Origin: Squalus acanthias
Lineage: Eukaryota
Direction of reading: 5' to 3'
DNA: 64,000 nucleotides
Assembly: GCA_030390025.1 (NCBI GenBank)
Contig: CM059438.1
Span: 61,444,001-61,508,000, forward strand
The stretch's first letter is position 1. The number at the start of each line of letters is the position of its first letter. Of the stretch, positions 38,149 to 50,736 are shown piece by piece. Made by a program: the position numbers and the translations under genes. Below the pieces are notes generated by a model. The model saw only the letters and a list, made by a program, of their open reading frames with translations. It searched no databases and was not told where the DNA came from.

Positions 38149-40217
38149 CACAATAGCACAGAGGATGGAGGGGTCCAATTCAAACATTTGTGGATTGATG
38201 TCGCAGGCCATTGCGAGGATAGAGTAGCCTCCTCCGTGCAATCTAATCAGTCCCTGCAGACTCTGACCACGGCCATACAAACTATGGATGGCAACATTTC
38301 TGCCGCTTAAACAGGGTGACAGATACCTTAGTCATGGCCTTACAAGACGTCACTGATCAACACCAAGCTGCTCCCCCGCAGAGAAACAGAAGTGATGTGC
38401 TATTGGCCCGGCCCAGGAGAGGGTGATGGCGAAAGGGGACATGGAAGTGGGAACTCCTCTCAAAGCGCTCCCATGTCTCATCTGTTGCCCACCGCCCCCG
38501 CCGCCGCCTGCATTCAGTACCCGGCATGCTGCCTCCTCTCCCGTTGGCTCAGTCTGCCCCTGCACAGGTGCAGATGGAGCAGTCATTGGCAGGGCCCTCA
38601 TAGACCCAACACCCAGAGGTCATCAGCATCTTAAAAGTCAGAGCCTGCCTCTACCTCTGCTGAAGCGCCCTGTAGGAGTGCTAGGGAAAGAAAAAGAAAA
38701 ATTCTGCAGTTCACCGAGAGTATGCACATGGGTGTTTTTGAAAATGTTTTGTTGGTATCTTTAATTTCTTAATTTACATAAAATGTATGAATTTGCACCA
38801 CATTCCCGCGTTCACCATTCTTGCCTGGCGAGTGCCAACTCAGGTTTTCAGTTACTTGGTGATGAATGTGAAGACATGAATTGACTGAGATGAATTGGTT
38901 CATGTGCAATGGGTGGATGGTTGGTCACTGGACTGCTTTGTGTAAGTAAGGGCGGGGGAAGCGGGGCAGGGGATGTGATCGTTACTTTGGTCCAGTGTGA
39001 GTGACGAACTGAACCTTCGAGCTATTAGGGTGTCCCTGGCATCCTGGCTGCTGCGCTATGTTGTGCAGAACTCAACACACCGCGATTACCCTAGAGACCT
39101 TCACTGGTGAATACTGAAGGGCGCAACTTGGGCATGTCGATGGCTTGCTCAATGACACATCTGGTTGTTTATAATTATAATGGCGGACCCACCTCTCCAG
39201 AGCAGGTTACTCAGACGTCCCGAAACTCACCGCGGTTAAAATGGAAACAGGCGCATGCGCAGCAGGTTAGGGTCGCGTTTCGCGAATGTGATGTTTTTTT
39301 AAACGCCACCCCCGCCCTACCCTCTCCCGCCTGACATGGCAGTGGGGTTAATATCAACCCCCACAGCCATTGCACTGGAATTAAAAGAAAATTGTTTTAT
39401 GAAAGGTCGAGCTTTCACTTTTATCAGGAAGACAAGGGCTGATGTTCCGCTCCCAGCTAAGTTTAAGCTTTTCTGCCCAGGTACAAAGATACAAAGCTCG
39501 CGTAGACAGCTGACTCCTCGCAATTTTGCAGGCTCTGTTTATTTGAGTAAGTATTCATAGCTGCCTGTTCAGCTTTGGCCTTCTGCGGGGATCTAGGTCC
39601 AGTTAGCAGCTCAAATTTAAAGGGATGTGCCTACTTAAAGGTAAGTGGCTGCATGTGGGGACAAATATTGTTTCAGCCTTTATAAAATTAATTAATTCAA
39701 AATGTTTATTGGCCTTTACCAAGGCCAGTGATTGGGGCTGGAGTGCCAGTCAAAAAATAAAGTGAATGGAAACCCAATGTGGAAGCATAAAATGGACTCT
39801 GTGGGCAAGTGATAGAGTGGTACAGCACCCCAACCCCTGTTTGATGGCTGGCAAAATGGATGCGCTGCTGTGTGAGATGGTTGGAAAGAGGGCTGACCTG
39901 TTTGGCACGTCAAGAGCACTTTCCCCAAGGGACAGCCATAGACCATCCCGAGCAACAGATTGTGGCCAGGTTCAATACTGTGTTATTAGCTGGAGGAAGA
40001 AGAACTTATGCAAAAGAAACTGGCACACTTTTATAAAATGCTGGCACAGCAAGACCATTCAGCAGTAACATGTATCAGGCAGATAATCAGGACAGCATGC
40101 CAGTGTTGCCTGTCAAGTTCTCACATAAACCTACAGTACTTTCACTGCATCTCGTGCATACCCATACCTCAGTAGGGCACAGTCACGGCTTCAAGATATC
40201 ACACCTCAAGGGTGTAA

Positions 40218-40650
40218 GCCTTGGCTCATTTGGTAGCTCTCTCGCGTCTGAGTCAGATGATTGTGGGTTCAAGTCTTACTCCAGAGACTTGAGCACATAA
40301 TCTAGGCTGGCACTTCAGTGCAGCACTGAGGGAGTGCTGCACTGTCGGAGGTGCCGTCTTTCGTATGAGACATTAAACCGAGGGCCCCGTCTGCCCTCTC
40401 AGGTGGATGTAAAAGATCCCATTTCACTAATCGAAGAAGAGCAGGGGAGTTCTCCCTGGTTTCCCGGCCAATATTTATTCCTCAACCAACTTCACTAAAA
40501 CAGATTATCTGGTCATTAGCACATTCCTGTTTGTAGGAGCCTGCTGTGCCCAAATTAGCTGCCTCGTTTCCTACATTACAACAGTGACTGTACTTCAAAA
40601 GTACTTCATTGGTTGTGAAAGGCGTTATATAAATGCAAATCTTTCTTTTT
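40218..40650 (+). mobile_element. DeuSINE
   Basis: Head, Deu core, tail. Confidence 0.9.
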
Positions 40651-40839
40651 CTCTTTTCAAGTCATTTACTGATGGCCAGTTTATCTGCAGATTTTGCACT
40701 TGTCCGCCACTATGCATGCACTCCTTCAACTTCCAACATCGCAAGAATATTTTTCTGCTTGTACAACAAGACGACCCATTAAGAGCACAATCCGACTTAT
40801 AGAGAGGCCTCCCTGACAAAAGGTAGGAGGCAAAGGCAC

Positions 40840-41556
40840 CTTCGGTCGCCTGAGGAAGAGAGTGTTTGAAGACCAGGACCTCAAACCCAGCACCAAGCTC
40901 ATGGTCTACAGAGCAGTAGTGATACCCACCCTCCTGTATGCTTCAGAGACATGGACCATGTACAGCAGGCACCTCAAAGCACTGGAGAGGTACCACCAAC
41001 GCTGCCTCCGCAAGATCCTGCAAATCCATTGGCAGGATAGGCGCACCAACGTCAGTGTTCTCGCTCAGGCCAACATCCCCAGCATCGAAGCTTTGACCAC
41101 GCTTGATCAGCTCCGGTGGACGGGCCACAACGTCCGCATGCCTGATACGAGACTCCCAAAACAAGCACTCTACTCGGAGCTCCGACACGGCAAGAGAGCC
41201 CCAGGTGGGCAGAGGAAATGCTTCAAGGACACCCTCAAAGCCTCCTGGAAAAAGTGCAACATCCCCACTGACACCTGGGAATCCCTGGCCCAAGACCGCA
41301 CAAAGTGGAGGAGAAGCATCCGGGAAGGCACCGAACACCTCGAGTCTCTTCGCCGGGAGCAAGCGGAAGCCAAGCGCAAACAGCGGAAGGAGTGCACGTC
41401 AACCCAAGCACCCCACCCACCCGCCCCTTCAACCACCGTCTGCCCCACCTGTGACAGAGACTGTAGGTCCCGCATTGGACTCATCAGTCACCTGAGAACT
41501 CATTTTTAGTGCGGAAGCAAGTCATCCTCGGTTCCGAGGGACTGCCTAAGAAGAAG
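40840..41556 (+). mobile_element. 5'-truncated RTE-clade LINE with (AAG)n tail and 51-bp TSD
   Basis: LLYASETW, HQRCLRKIL, LRWTGHNVRM, C-terminal CxxC...SHLRTH; ORF 40862-41509. Confidence 0.95.
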
Positions 41557-41879
41557 AATCCAACTTATAGAGAGGCCTCCCTGACAGAAGATAGGAGGCA
41601 AAGGCACATCTCCTGCAGCAAGCTCAAGTAAACCTGGCATGGTCTATGGCTCTGCACACTCGTGATTGTTTGGCATTTAGGAATAGAGTTACTTCAAAAT
41701 GTTGTGTTATGAAGCGTAGTGTGTTCACACAAGTTGAAAAGAAGGCACCGAGATGATGGGTGATTAAAATGCCAATGCGGTAAGCTTTGGCGTTGCTTCT
41801 CCGCAGCCTGTAAATAATGAGCAATTTGTTTGTCTGTCCCCATGATCGATAACACTTGCGTCTCTGTTGGGGAGCAGCT

Positions 41880-42420
41880 AGAACTTATTTTGCTTAAAGT
41901 CAAGCAAGGTGGGGAAATGCGGGGTGTCGAATTCCTGACTCCAGAGGGGGTCCGATCCTGGGGGGTCCGATCCCTGGCCCCGGGATCGAGAGGTTCGTCC
42001 GGGGGTTGGGGGGGGGGGGGGGGGCGGGGTCCGATCTGCGGCCCAGGGTGGGGCTTTGTATGGGGCGGTGCTGATGGTGGGGGAGCTTGCGGGGGGCCGG
42101 AGGGGAAGCACTCCTGCTCCTCCTGGCCCACAAGGATTGATCCCCGAGGCTGTCCTCGCCTCGTTGCAGCTGCCGGGAATCCCGAGGCCCAGGAAACTCT
42201 GCCGGCCATAGTTAAACCGAGGCTTCCAGCCTCATTATAATATTTAAAGTGCCAACCCGCCTCCTGGGAGCGGCTTGGCTGCCCTCCCCTTGTCCCGTCT
42301 CAGTAAAACCCGGAGGTCGGCAGGTTGAAGCCGGCTTCCCAACACGCTTGCAATTTTTGCTCATTTAACCCCCCCACCCGCACCCACTCCCACCCGCTCA
42401 CCCATGTTAAAATTCCCCCC
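41880..42420. mobile_element. GC-rich Harbinger-type MITE (related to 5978-7219), right end preserved
   Basis: Shared internal motif; ends ttaaaattcccccc. Confidence 0.65.
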
Positions 42421-43334
42421 ACTGTCTCTGTATCTACCCTATCAAATCCTCTTAACACTTGAAACACCTTTACATTTTAAACACTGCTTTAATAATTCAA
42501 TTCCTGTCTTCAGTCACCTGCTCCTGTAAACTGTGCCATGTTCTGTAGATCCTCACTGCAGCTTGCTAATGGTTCCGTGTGACTAGCTTGCATTATGTCA
42601 ACCTCGCATAAAGCGTGCCGACTCGGAATACAGTCTACTCCTCAACTCGACGTTGCTTCATTACAAATTATCCCTTCATTCGAATTTTAAAAAGTTTGCT
42701 GTATTATGACATTGCTCGATTGAAATTATTGGATAATTCAACTCTTTTAGTGCAAAATAAATAACTATCATCATCAGGAATAGACTGTGGCCGGAATTTT
42801 CACGCTGCTGCGCCTGCGGGTTTGGGCGCGGGTCGGTAGTAAAAATGCCGGAAATAGCAAGCGCATCAGTAAACTGCCGTCGTTCCACCGTCTCGCGCAT
42901 TTAACTCGGGCGGCTTTGAAGACGCAACATGGACCCACTCCGCAGAGGCGGGCGACCTCATTGAAATCAGTAAATGCTTGTTTACAGACCCTTATTTAAC
43001 AGTGATTTTAACGGCTGTTTCTGAGTTTTACTGCAGGAGCACAGGATTCACAGAGGTCGGGTGCCTCGCCTGTGAAGGGGAGGCGGAAACTCAGTGGCCA
43101 TTGGCGAGTTCATTCATTGATTGCTGGGAAAAGCACATAAATACTGCAACATTACACCTCATTACTTGCCTAAGGCCCTTCCTCACTCCATTTCATCCAC
43201 AGATTTAGGTGTCAGCAGTTTGCAGGTCATTTCTGCAACCTCGGAAGCCACTCTCACCACATTGCTACTCACTATCACAACATTGAGGGATTGGCCCTCT
43301 GATCTGCACTTTACCTGCCAACTACTACATCAGC

Positions 43335-44500
43335 ATGGGTGCCGCTTATACTGTCTCACCTTGGTCCTCAGAATCAGACCAAGATGACCCCCAACACCAA
43401 CAACACCAGCCACACCAGCAGCAGCAGCAGCAACCACAACAGCAGCCTTCTCCTCAACGACCTGATGCTCCACAGGAGAGAGGGGGGCACCACAGGGCTG
43501 CAGCACACTGGAGGCGATACCCCCAACACAGGGTATACAGGCAGAGGATGAGCTTCCTCAACATGACTGAGCAGCAGTGCTTCAGGAGGCTCAGGCTATC
43601 GCGCCAGGTCGTCGCAAACATTTGCAGCTTGCTGGAACAAGACCTGCTGCCCAGAGGTCCTGGTGGACACGCCTTACCAGTGACTGTCAAAGTCACCACT
43701 GCTCTCAACTTCTTCGCCTCAGGCTCCTTCCAGGGATCTGCAGCAGACATTTGCAGCATCTCGCAGTCGGCCGCTCACAGATGCTGAGGCCATGTTTCAC
43801 AAGTCAGCCAATTATATCAACTTTGCCACTGATGAGGCCAGTGTTACTAAGCGGGTGATCGACTTTGTGGCTCTGGCTGACTTCCCACAGGTGCAGGGCG
43901 TCATCGACTGCACACATGTGGCCATGAAGGCACCATCATCACCCAGGAGTGTTTGTCAACCGCAAGAACGTCCACTCCTCAATGTGCAGCACATCTGCAA
44001 CCATAAAAAGATGATCATGCATGTGTGCGCCAGATTCCCTGGCAGCTGTCACGACTCCTTTCGTGCTGCGCCAATCCAGCCTCCCTCAGCTCTTCACACC
44101 ACCAAACAGATTTACTGACTGGCTGCTTGGCGACAAGGGCTATCCACTGAAGACATGGCTCATGACACCCCCGAGGAAGCCGAGTACTGAGGCCAAGGAG
44201 TGTTATAATGAGAGCCACATCTCCACCAGATGTGTCATAGAACAAGTGCTTCAAATGCCTTGACAGATCTGGAGGAGCCCTTCAGTACGCACCAGCCAGG
44301 GTCTCCAGAATCATCGCGTCTGCTGCACGCTTCACAACATAGCACAGCAGCCAGCATTGGAGCTGCAGGAGGAGCATGGCGCAGAGCGCACAGCCTCTTC
44401 AGAGGAGGAGGAGGAGGAACCTGAGATGCATATGGCACCAACTGCGGCGCACATTGCTGCCCGGGAGGCCAGGGATGGCCTCATCATGGCCAGATTTACT
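43335..44500 (+). pseudogene. Harbinger (HARBI1-like) DDE transposase, frameshifted
   Basis: [51 protein letters not shown]. Confidence 0.95.
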
Positions 44501-44799
44501 TCGTTTGCTCCAATGCAGCCGCATGCCTGCCACATGCTGTACTAAGTTCCCTCCCCACAACAACACCATAAAGCATCCCTACAATGACCAAGCCATTCCT
44601 CTCACACAAAGCCCCAGTGCTTGAGGTTAAGTAATGTCTCACCATTCACTCCAAGTGACAAAGCCACTTCCAAGGTTTGAGGCAAAAATGAACAAGACCC
44701 GAAAGTGGTGCAAAGAAAAACATTTATGTGTGTAATCAAAACAACTGAAACTTTGCACTAACATTTCTTGATACACCCATGTGCATACCCTTGTGTATC

Positions 44800-47302
44800 T
44801 ACTTTTGTGTCATTTTTCTTTTCCGCGTGCTTCTATGAGGTGCAACCCCTGTGGCTTCAGCAGAGGTAGTTGCAGAATGCTCACTTCCCTGCTGCGACTG
44901 CGTAGATACTTTTGGTGGACGTCCTCTGGGTTTTGGAGCCTGTGAGGGCCCCGCCAAAGTCAGCTCCTCCTGCAACTATGCAGGGGCAGACTCGGCCATC
45001 GGGATCCGAGGAAGTATGTGGGGCTCTGGGGGAGAAGTGGGAGTGTTTTGAGAAGAGCCCCCACTCAACATCATCCCTCTCAGCAAAGAGCTGCACAGCA
45101 GTGTGGCGATGAAGGCCCAAGTCAACGTTTATATCCCTCCTTGAGAGGAGGTCTATGAGCCTCTGCCATCTGTTGTCCACAGCTAGCATGTGTTCATATG
45201 ACTGGCGTATTTGCTGCTCCATGCAGGTGGCCATCCTTTCCATGGAAGAGCACATCATCGCCATAGCCTGCTACATGGTGCTGCTCATGTTGGAGATGGA
45301 CTCCTCCATTCCCTGAACATTTGCAGACATCGCAGCTGCAAAAGATGCCAGAGCCTCATGCAATTGTTGCTGCCCCTCAAAGATCGCCCTCTTTCTCGAT
45401 GGCCCCTGAGGCTCAGTGTCTGCATGCAGCTCGGCAGAGCTTGGAGCATCCTGCGCCCTCCAGCGAGGAGTCTCCACTGCTGCCCCTGTCAACACCATCT
45501 GCTCTTGCTCACTTGTGAAGTGTGAGACACCAGGGGCTGGATTTTCATAGACCCGTGGAGGCGGGTTTGGAGGCGTGTGGGGGGTTAAAATTGCGAAAAG
45601 TGGCGGGCGGACCTGATCCCACCTCCATTCCGCCTCCACGCAATTTTGATGAAATTGTGTGCGGTGTTCCCGACTCCGTCCCACCTCCAAGAGGCAGGAG
45701 AGGCCATTAAAGCCCTTAACAAGCCCTAAATTGGCTCTGTAATGCCATTTTGAAACGTTTTAGCTAGTTTAACCCTTTTCCCACGTGACGCATGCCTGAT
45801 CTGAAACACGCCAGTGAAACCTGGTGGGAGCACAAGTGGATAGCTGACTATCAGCTGCAGGTCCACTATTACAACGGAGAGGTGATGAAGGTAGTAGTAG
45901 TATTAGGTCTGAAAGTCGCCTCTGATGCTGCTGCATTGAATGTCTTCAGAGACTGCCTGGCCTTTGCTGTGAGAGGACCTGGATGCAAAAAAAATTATCT
46001 CTCTCTCTCTCTCTCTGTATCCAGGTCCTCTCACAGCAAAGGCCAGGCAGTCTCTGACCTGCAATGTAGCAACAATGATGACATCATCAGAGGCGACTTT
46101 CAGACTGAAAACACTAATTGGTTCATGGGTTCCCACATGCTGGAACTCAATTACCCAATTAAGTGAAAATTGCATCAATCTCCTACATCCAATTGCAGTC
46201 GGGTGGATAACACAAAATGCGGATGACACGACCCCAACCCGCCCCAGTATCAAAATCCAGCCCCAGGTCTCTACTCTTCGGCGCACAGGACCCACCGAGG
46301 TGTGCATATCTGGGCTGGTGTTGGCTGCACTTGGGTCTGCTGACACTGCACCCTCAGAGGCTGGAGGCTCCTCTGAGGAGTCGTCTTCCTCCTGCGGCTG
46401 GACAATGGCGGGGGGGGTGGGGGGGCAGTTGATGGACCTGTGGGAGAGTAAAGAGATGAATTAGAAGTGTTTTAATAAGAATGGGTAACATTACCATTCT
46501 GCACATGATGACATTTCACTGGCCGCTGACATCAGTCGCCATATGAGTGCATGGTGTACGCCATGTGGCTTTATGAGATGTTGCTGGGATGCCCCCCTCT
46601 CTCCGGCTCCCACTGCCAGCATTCTCTCGAGCTCCCACAATTTCCAGAGCTGCCTCCTCTGCTGCTGTGAGATGTGTAATTACTGGAGGGCCACCTCCGG
46701 TTCTCCCCCTCTCCCTCTTATTGTGGGCGCTCTTCTCCTGCAAGGAGGGAAAGAAGAGAAGTTTGAGTGAAAGTGATGGAATGAGTGTAAGGAATGGATG
46801 GGCTACATCTGTCGAGGGTGACTATGAGGGAGTGGGGTGCCAATGCAAAATGGCCTCTTTCTGTGGTGTTACTTGCTATGATTGCATTAGGATGAGGGTG
46901 AATGTGAGCAGTGGTTAGTCAGATGGGGATGTGAGTATGCACATAGAGAGAGAGGGATGTTGGTGTGAGGAATGATGTGCAGGAGTAGGCCTGGGAAGGC
47001 AGAGTGATGGGGGTGTGTTGACAGGCACTTCAGGATGAGGGTGAGTGTGGCATTGCACTCACCTTTCCTGACCTCATGAGATCATTGAAGCGCTGCCTAC
47101 ACTGGATCCAGGTCCTCCTCACCACATCCCTGCTACTGACCTCCTCAGCTATATCCAGCCAGGCTCTCTTTGTTTGTTGTGGAGGTTTCCTTTGCCTACC
47201 AGCAGGGAAGAGGACCTCCCTGCGTGCTCTGACAGCCTCCACAAGAGTATGCAGCAATGAATCAGGGAAGCGTGGTGCAGCCCTCTGCTGTTGGCTATCC
47301 AT
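44800..47302 (-). pseudogene. Harbinger Myb/SANT gene; exon 1 47302-47063, exon 2 from 46737, exon 3 from 46437 (split by a MITE)
   Basis: APRFPDSLLHTLVEAV...WLDIAEEVSS...RTWIQCRQRFNDL; AAG|GTGAGT donor, pyrimidine-rich cag acceptors. Confidence 0.9.
45534..46263. mobile_element. Harbinger MITE nested in the Myb gene, TSD CAG
   Basis: cag|gggctggatttt...aaaatccagccc|cag. Confidence 0.9.
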
Positions 47303-47389
47303 CCTTCCAAAGTTCTAGCAGTACTGTGGCCTTTCTCTCACACCTTCCACCCTCCTCTGGCAACATTCAAGTGAGTTGAGTGCAAGGCT

Positions 47390-47401
47390 GCTTTAAATAT
47401 G
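47390..47401 (-). promoter_or_regulatory. TATA-like box (TATTTAAAG) of the Harbinger Myb gene
   Basis: ~90 bp upstream of ATG 47302; similar motif at a similar distance upstream of ATG 12092 and within MITE family A. Confidence 0.45.
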
Positions 47402-47674
47402 GGCGCTGGAAACGAGTCATCGATGACATCATCAGACCCGCACCATTTCATAGGGCCGGGAAACGCGCATGAGTCTTTCAATTGGGGCCATGAAGTGAAA
47501 GTCGCTCTGAGCAAAGCGCATTGCTCACAACATCGCGTTCCCGACCCCCTCTGCCGCCCGCACGCATCCAACCTGACGCAAAGGTAAAAATTCCAGCCTG
47601 TAACACACCCGTGCTGCACAGCATAAGCAAAACTTGGAGATACAAGAATGGGCACCATACCTGCCTGATCCGAG

Positions 47675-48070
47675 GCTTGTATTCCCTCGAGTGTAGATGA
47701 TTAAGGAGTGATCTGATTGAGGTTTTTAAGATGAATAAAGGATTTGACAGGGCAGATAGAAACTATTTCCTCTGGTAGGGGAGTCCAGATAACCTTAAAA
47801 TTAGAGCCAGGTCATTCAGGGGTGATGTCAGGAAGCACTTCTTCACACAAAGGGTAGTGAAAATCGGGAACTCTCTCCCCCAAAAATCTGTGAGGCCAGG
47901 GGTCAATTGAAAATTTCAAAACTGAGATTGATAGATTTTTGTTAGGTAAAGGTATTAAGGGATAAGGAAGCAAGGCAGGTAAATGGAGTTGAGATACAGA
48001 TCAGCCATGATCTAACTGAATGGCGGTACAGGCTCAAGGGGCTGAATGGCCTCCTCCTGTTCCTATGTAA
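47675..48070 (+). mobile_element. CR1 3' fragment
   Basis: cttcttcacacaaagggtagtg and 3' UTR. Confidence 0.85.
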
Positions 48071-48744
48071 CAGCAGAATGAAAAGGAACGAAATCTCGCC
48101 TGAATGTATCCAAGGGCCCTGAACAGAGCCACCACTGACTGCTCCTGTGTGATCTGTGCTTATGCCCAGTCCTTTTGTGGTTGGCACTTTGCACTCAGTA
48201 CCTCCTGGGTGGTGCTCTGTGCCCAGTGTTTATGACCATATTTGATGCCCAGTGCACAATCCTGCCGGCACCACTGTATCCAAGAGAATATCTAAGACAA
48301 GACCCCTAAACTTAAAAAAAAAACTGCAGAGTAGGGGTTTTGCTTCAAAAAGGGAATGAGTTTTGCGAATAGAATTTTGTGTAATTAGACAAGCATTCCA
48401 GAATGCCACATGTCGCATAAACAAAATAAATTGGGAATCTTGAGGTAAACCACGCATAGCAGAACTGACATTACTCAATAATTTACTTCTTAAGTGAGCT
48501 CTTTAGGGTCCTCGCTACTGAGCTACTCCTGCCCGCCTGTCTGTGTATCGCTGCCTCCGTAATACTTTCAAATAACTTGTACCTTAAACAAAGAATTGCC
48601 TGGAGAACATAACGCAGCGAAGCAGAGGCAATGGAAAATGCACGCGACGAAAGCAGAGTTATTGTCCCGTTTACGTATCTGTTTTTAGGTCTCCTTTGTC
48701 ATTCCTCAAGGTGAAACAGAGGTTTTATTAAATCAAAGATGTTT

Positions 48745-49207
48745 GCCATGGTTCAGTGGTAGCACTGTCGCCTCTGAGACAGAAGGTCGTGGATTTAAGT
48801 CTCACTCCAGAGACTTGAGCACATAAAGCTAGGCTGACACTCCAGTGCAGTGCTGAGGGAGTGCTGCACTGTCAGAGGTACCGTCTGTCAGATGAGACCT
48901 TAAACCGCGATCCCGTCTGCTCTCTCAGTTGGACTTAAAAGATCCCATGGCACTATTTCGTAGAAGAGCAGGGCTGTTCTCCCTGGTGTCCTGGCCAATA
49001 TTAACCCCTCAACCAACATCACTGAAACAGATTATCTGGTCATTCTCACGTGGCTGTTTGTGGGTTCCTGCCGTGTACAAATTGGCTGCTGCGTTTCCTA
49101 CATTACAGCAGTGACTACACTTCAAAAGTATTTCATTGGCTGCAAAGCGTTTGGACATCGTGAGGTTGTGAAAGGTGCTATATAAATGCATGTCTTTCTT
49201 TTCTTTC
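48745..49207 (+). mobile_element. DeuSINE
   Basis: Head, core, tail. Confidence 0.9.
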
Positions 49208-49580
49208 TAGTAATATTACAAGGGAACTGATTTAGGATGGCCCTGGGACCACTAGGAAGAGGGCCCAGGTCGCCCGACAGTACATGGATGCGATCTTAGG
49301 GTCTGGGAATATATGGAGGAGTTTGAAAATCTGGGAGAATGGGGAGGGAGGTCCCAGGAACACAGGAAAGTGAGGTTCAAGGAACACTGGAGCAAGCCCT
49401 AGGAGCTTTGGGAAGGGAAGGGCCCAGGTTCTGTGCAGCTTTGGAGTCGGTTCTGGAATCAGGAAGCACTAGGAATGTGATCTAGGGATTTCTGAGCATT
49501 TGAGAGGGAGCCCTGGGATCCAGGAGCTGGGATAAGTCTGGGAGGGGAATTCTGGGATCGAATTTGATGAGCAGGTCTAA

Positions 49581-49742
49581 GGGGTAGAAATTTGACGTGG
49601 GCGGTAGCTCAAAGCAGGCAGGAACGCTTCAGCCACCAGTTATGTTGAAGTCAACGGAACCGAATACCGGGCGGGTCATATAACGGGCGGACGATGCGAT
49701 GCCGCCCATTTTGTTCTAACGCCCAGTACAAATTTGTATCCT
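49581..49742. mobile_element. Short degenerate Harbinger-type MITE
   Basis: taa|ggggtagaaattt...aaatttgtatccct|taa. Confidence 0.5.
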
Positions 49743-49866
49743 TAACAGCCTTGTGAGGGAGGGAGGCCCAGGGCAATGGGACACAAACTGCTACTGGCTC
49801 CATCAAACTACCAGGCCCCAGCCTCCCACTGCTTTTCTGCCCATCAGCCTCTTCCCCTCAGGTGCT

Positions 49867-50056
49867 CCCCCGCCCCCCCCGCCCCCCCCCCCACCCACCC
49901 GCCCCCCCCCCACCCCCCCGCCCCCCCCCCCCCCACCCCCCCGCCCCCCCCCCCACCCCACCCGCCCCCCCCCCACCCACCCGCCCCCCCCCCCACCCAC
50001 CCGCCACCCCCCCCCACCCCCCCGCCCCCCCCCCCCACCCCACCCCCCCCGCCCCT
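49867..50056. repeat. C-rich low-complexity tract (G-quadruplex-prone on minus strand)
   Basis: Runs of C separated by single A or G. Confidence 0.9.
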
Positions 50057-50736
50057 TCCCCTCACCACCACTTCCACCATCGTCAACTAGTTCCGGTCTT
50101 TATTTCCTACCTTAATGTATTTAAGCTTCTTAAAATGAATGGATGGAAAAATCAACGGCTGTGGATGCTTAATTTTCTCTCCCAGCGAGTGCCAGGAGCA
50201 TTTTGTTCACTTATTCTTTAATACACATTTAAATTTCCATAAGCAAACAAAAATTACCTCATTAAATGCTCAAAAGTTCATTCATGCAGTTTCCTCGTTC
50301 TTAGATACGTAAAAGATCCCTTAAACATCAAAAATGGTTCAGAAGAGAGAGATGTTATTTAACATCAATCCATTCTCTATAGATAATTTACTCAAACATG
50401 TGCTCCCATTCACATGCGTTGCCTGTTGTTAATAAATTTAAATAAATATCAGCCTTGCTCGGAATAAAATCATTGACAATTTAGTCTCTGACTTATTTCA
50501 AAGTCGTTTGAAGAAAACAAATGAACTTTTCAGATTCTCACAGGATGAAGAGATGCACTGAAATAAACCCATTAAAATACAGAGTGAAGGAGAGAAACAA
50601 ACTGACACTTCACAACTCTGAACCTTTAACAGCCCAATAATATCTCAGCTGTTTACTATACTTGATATAAAAGGAAATTCTTTTATCAAACTTTTTTAAA
50701 ATGGACTCTTATTACTCTCTCTCTTCATACCACAGA

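Larger units (their letters stand above)
36860..39361. mobile_element. Decayed Harbinger element: Myb exons on + (36974-37139, 37297-~38710), transposase C-terminus on - (~39020-39185), right TIR
   Basis: EKRAQNTRKR*RTGGEPPQI...AEQKALEI; TRCVIEQAI, LQYSPVKVSRVI, LHNIAQQ; ends aatatcaaccccc; CR1 scrap at 37365-37480. Confidence 0.8.
42789..47598 (+). mobile_element. Structurally complete PIF/Harbinger DNA transposon (decayed), TSD TGT
   Basis: tgt|ggccggaatttt...aaaaattccagcc|tgt; convergent transposase and Myb genes. Confidence 0.95.

Noticed and set aside
43335..44500. Host HARBI1 gene
   Set aside because: Frameshifted and enclosed by TIRs/TSD with a Myb partner, so it is a transposon copy and not the domesticated gene
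49753..50221. Proline-rich or glycine-rich ORFs
   Set aside because: Translation of a poly-C low-complexity tract
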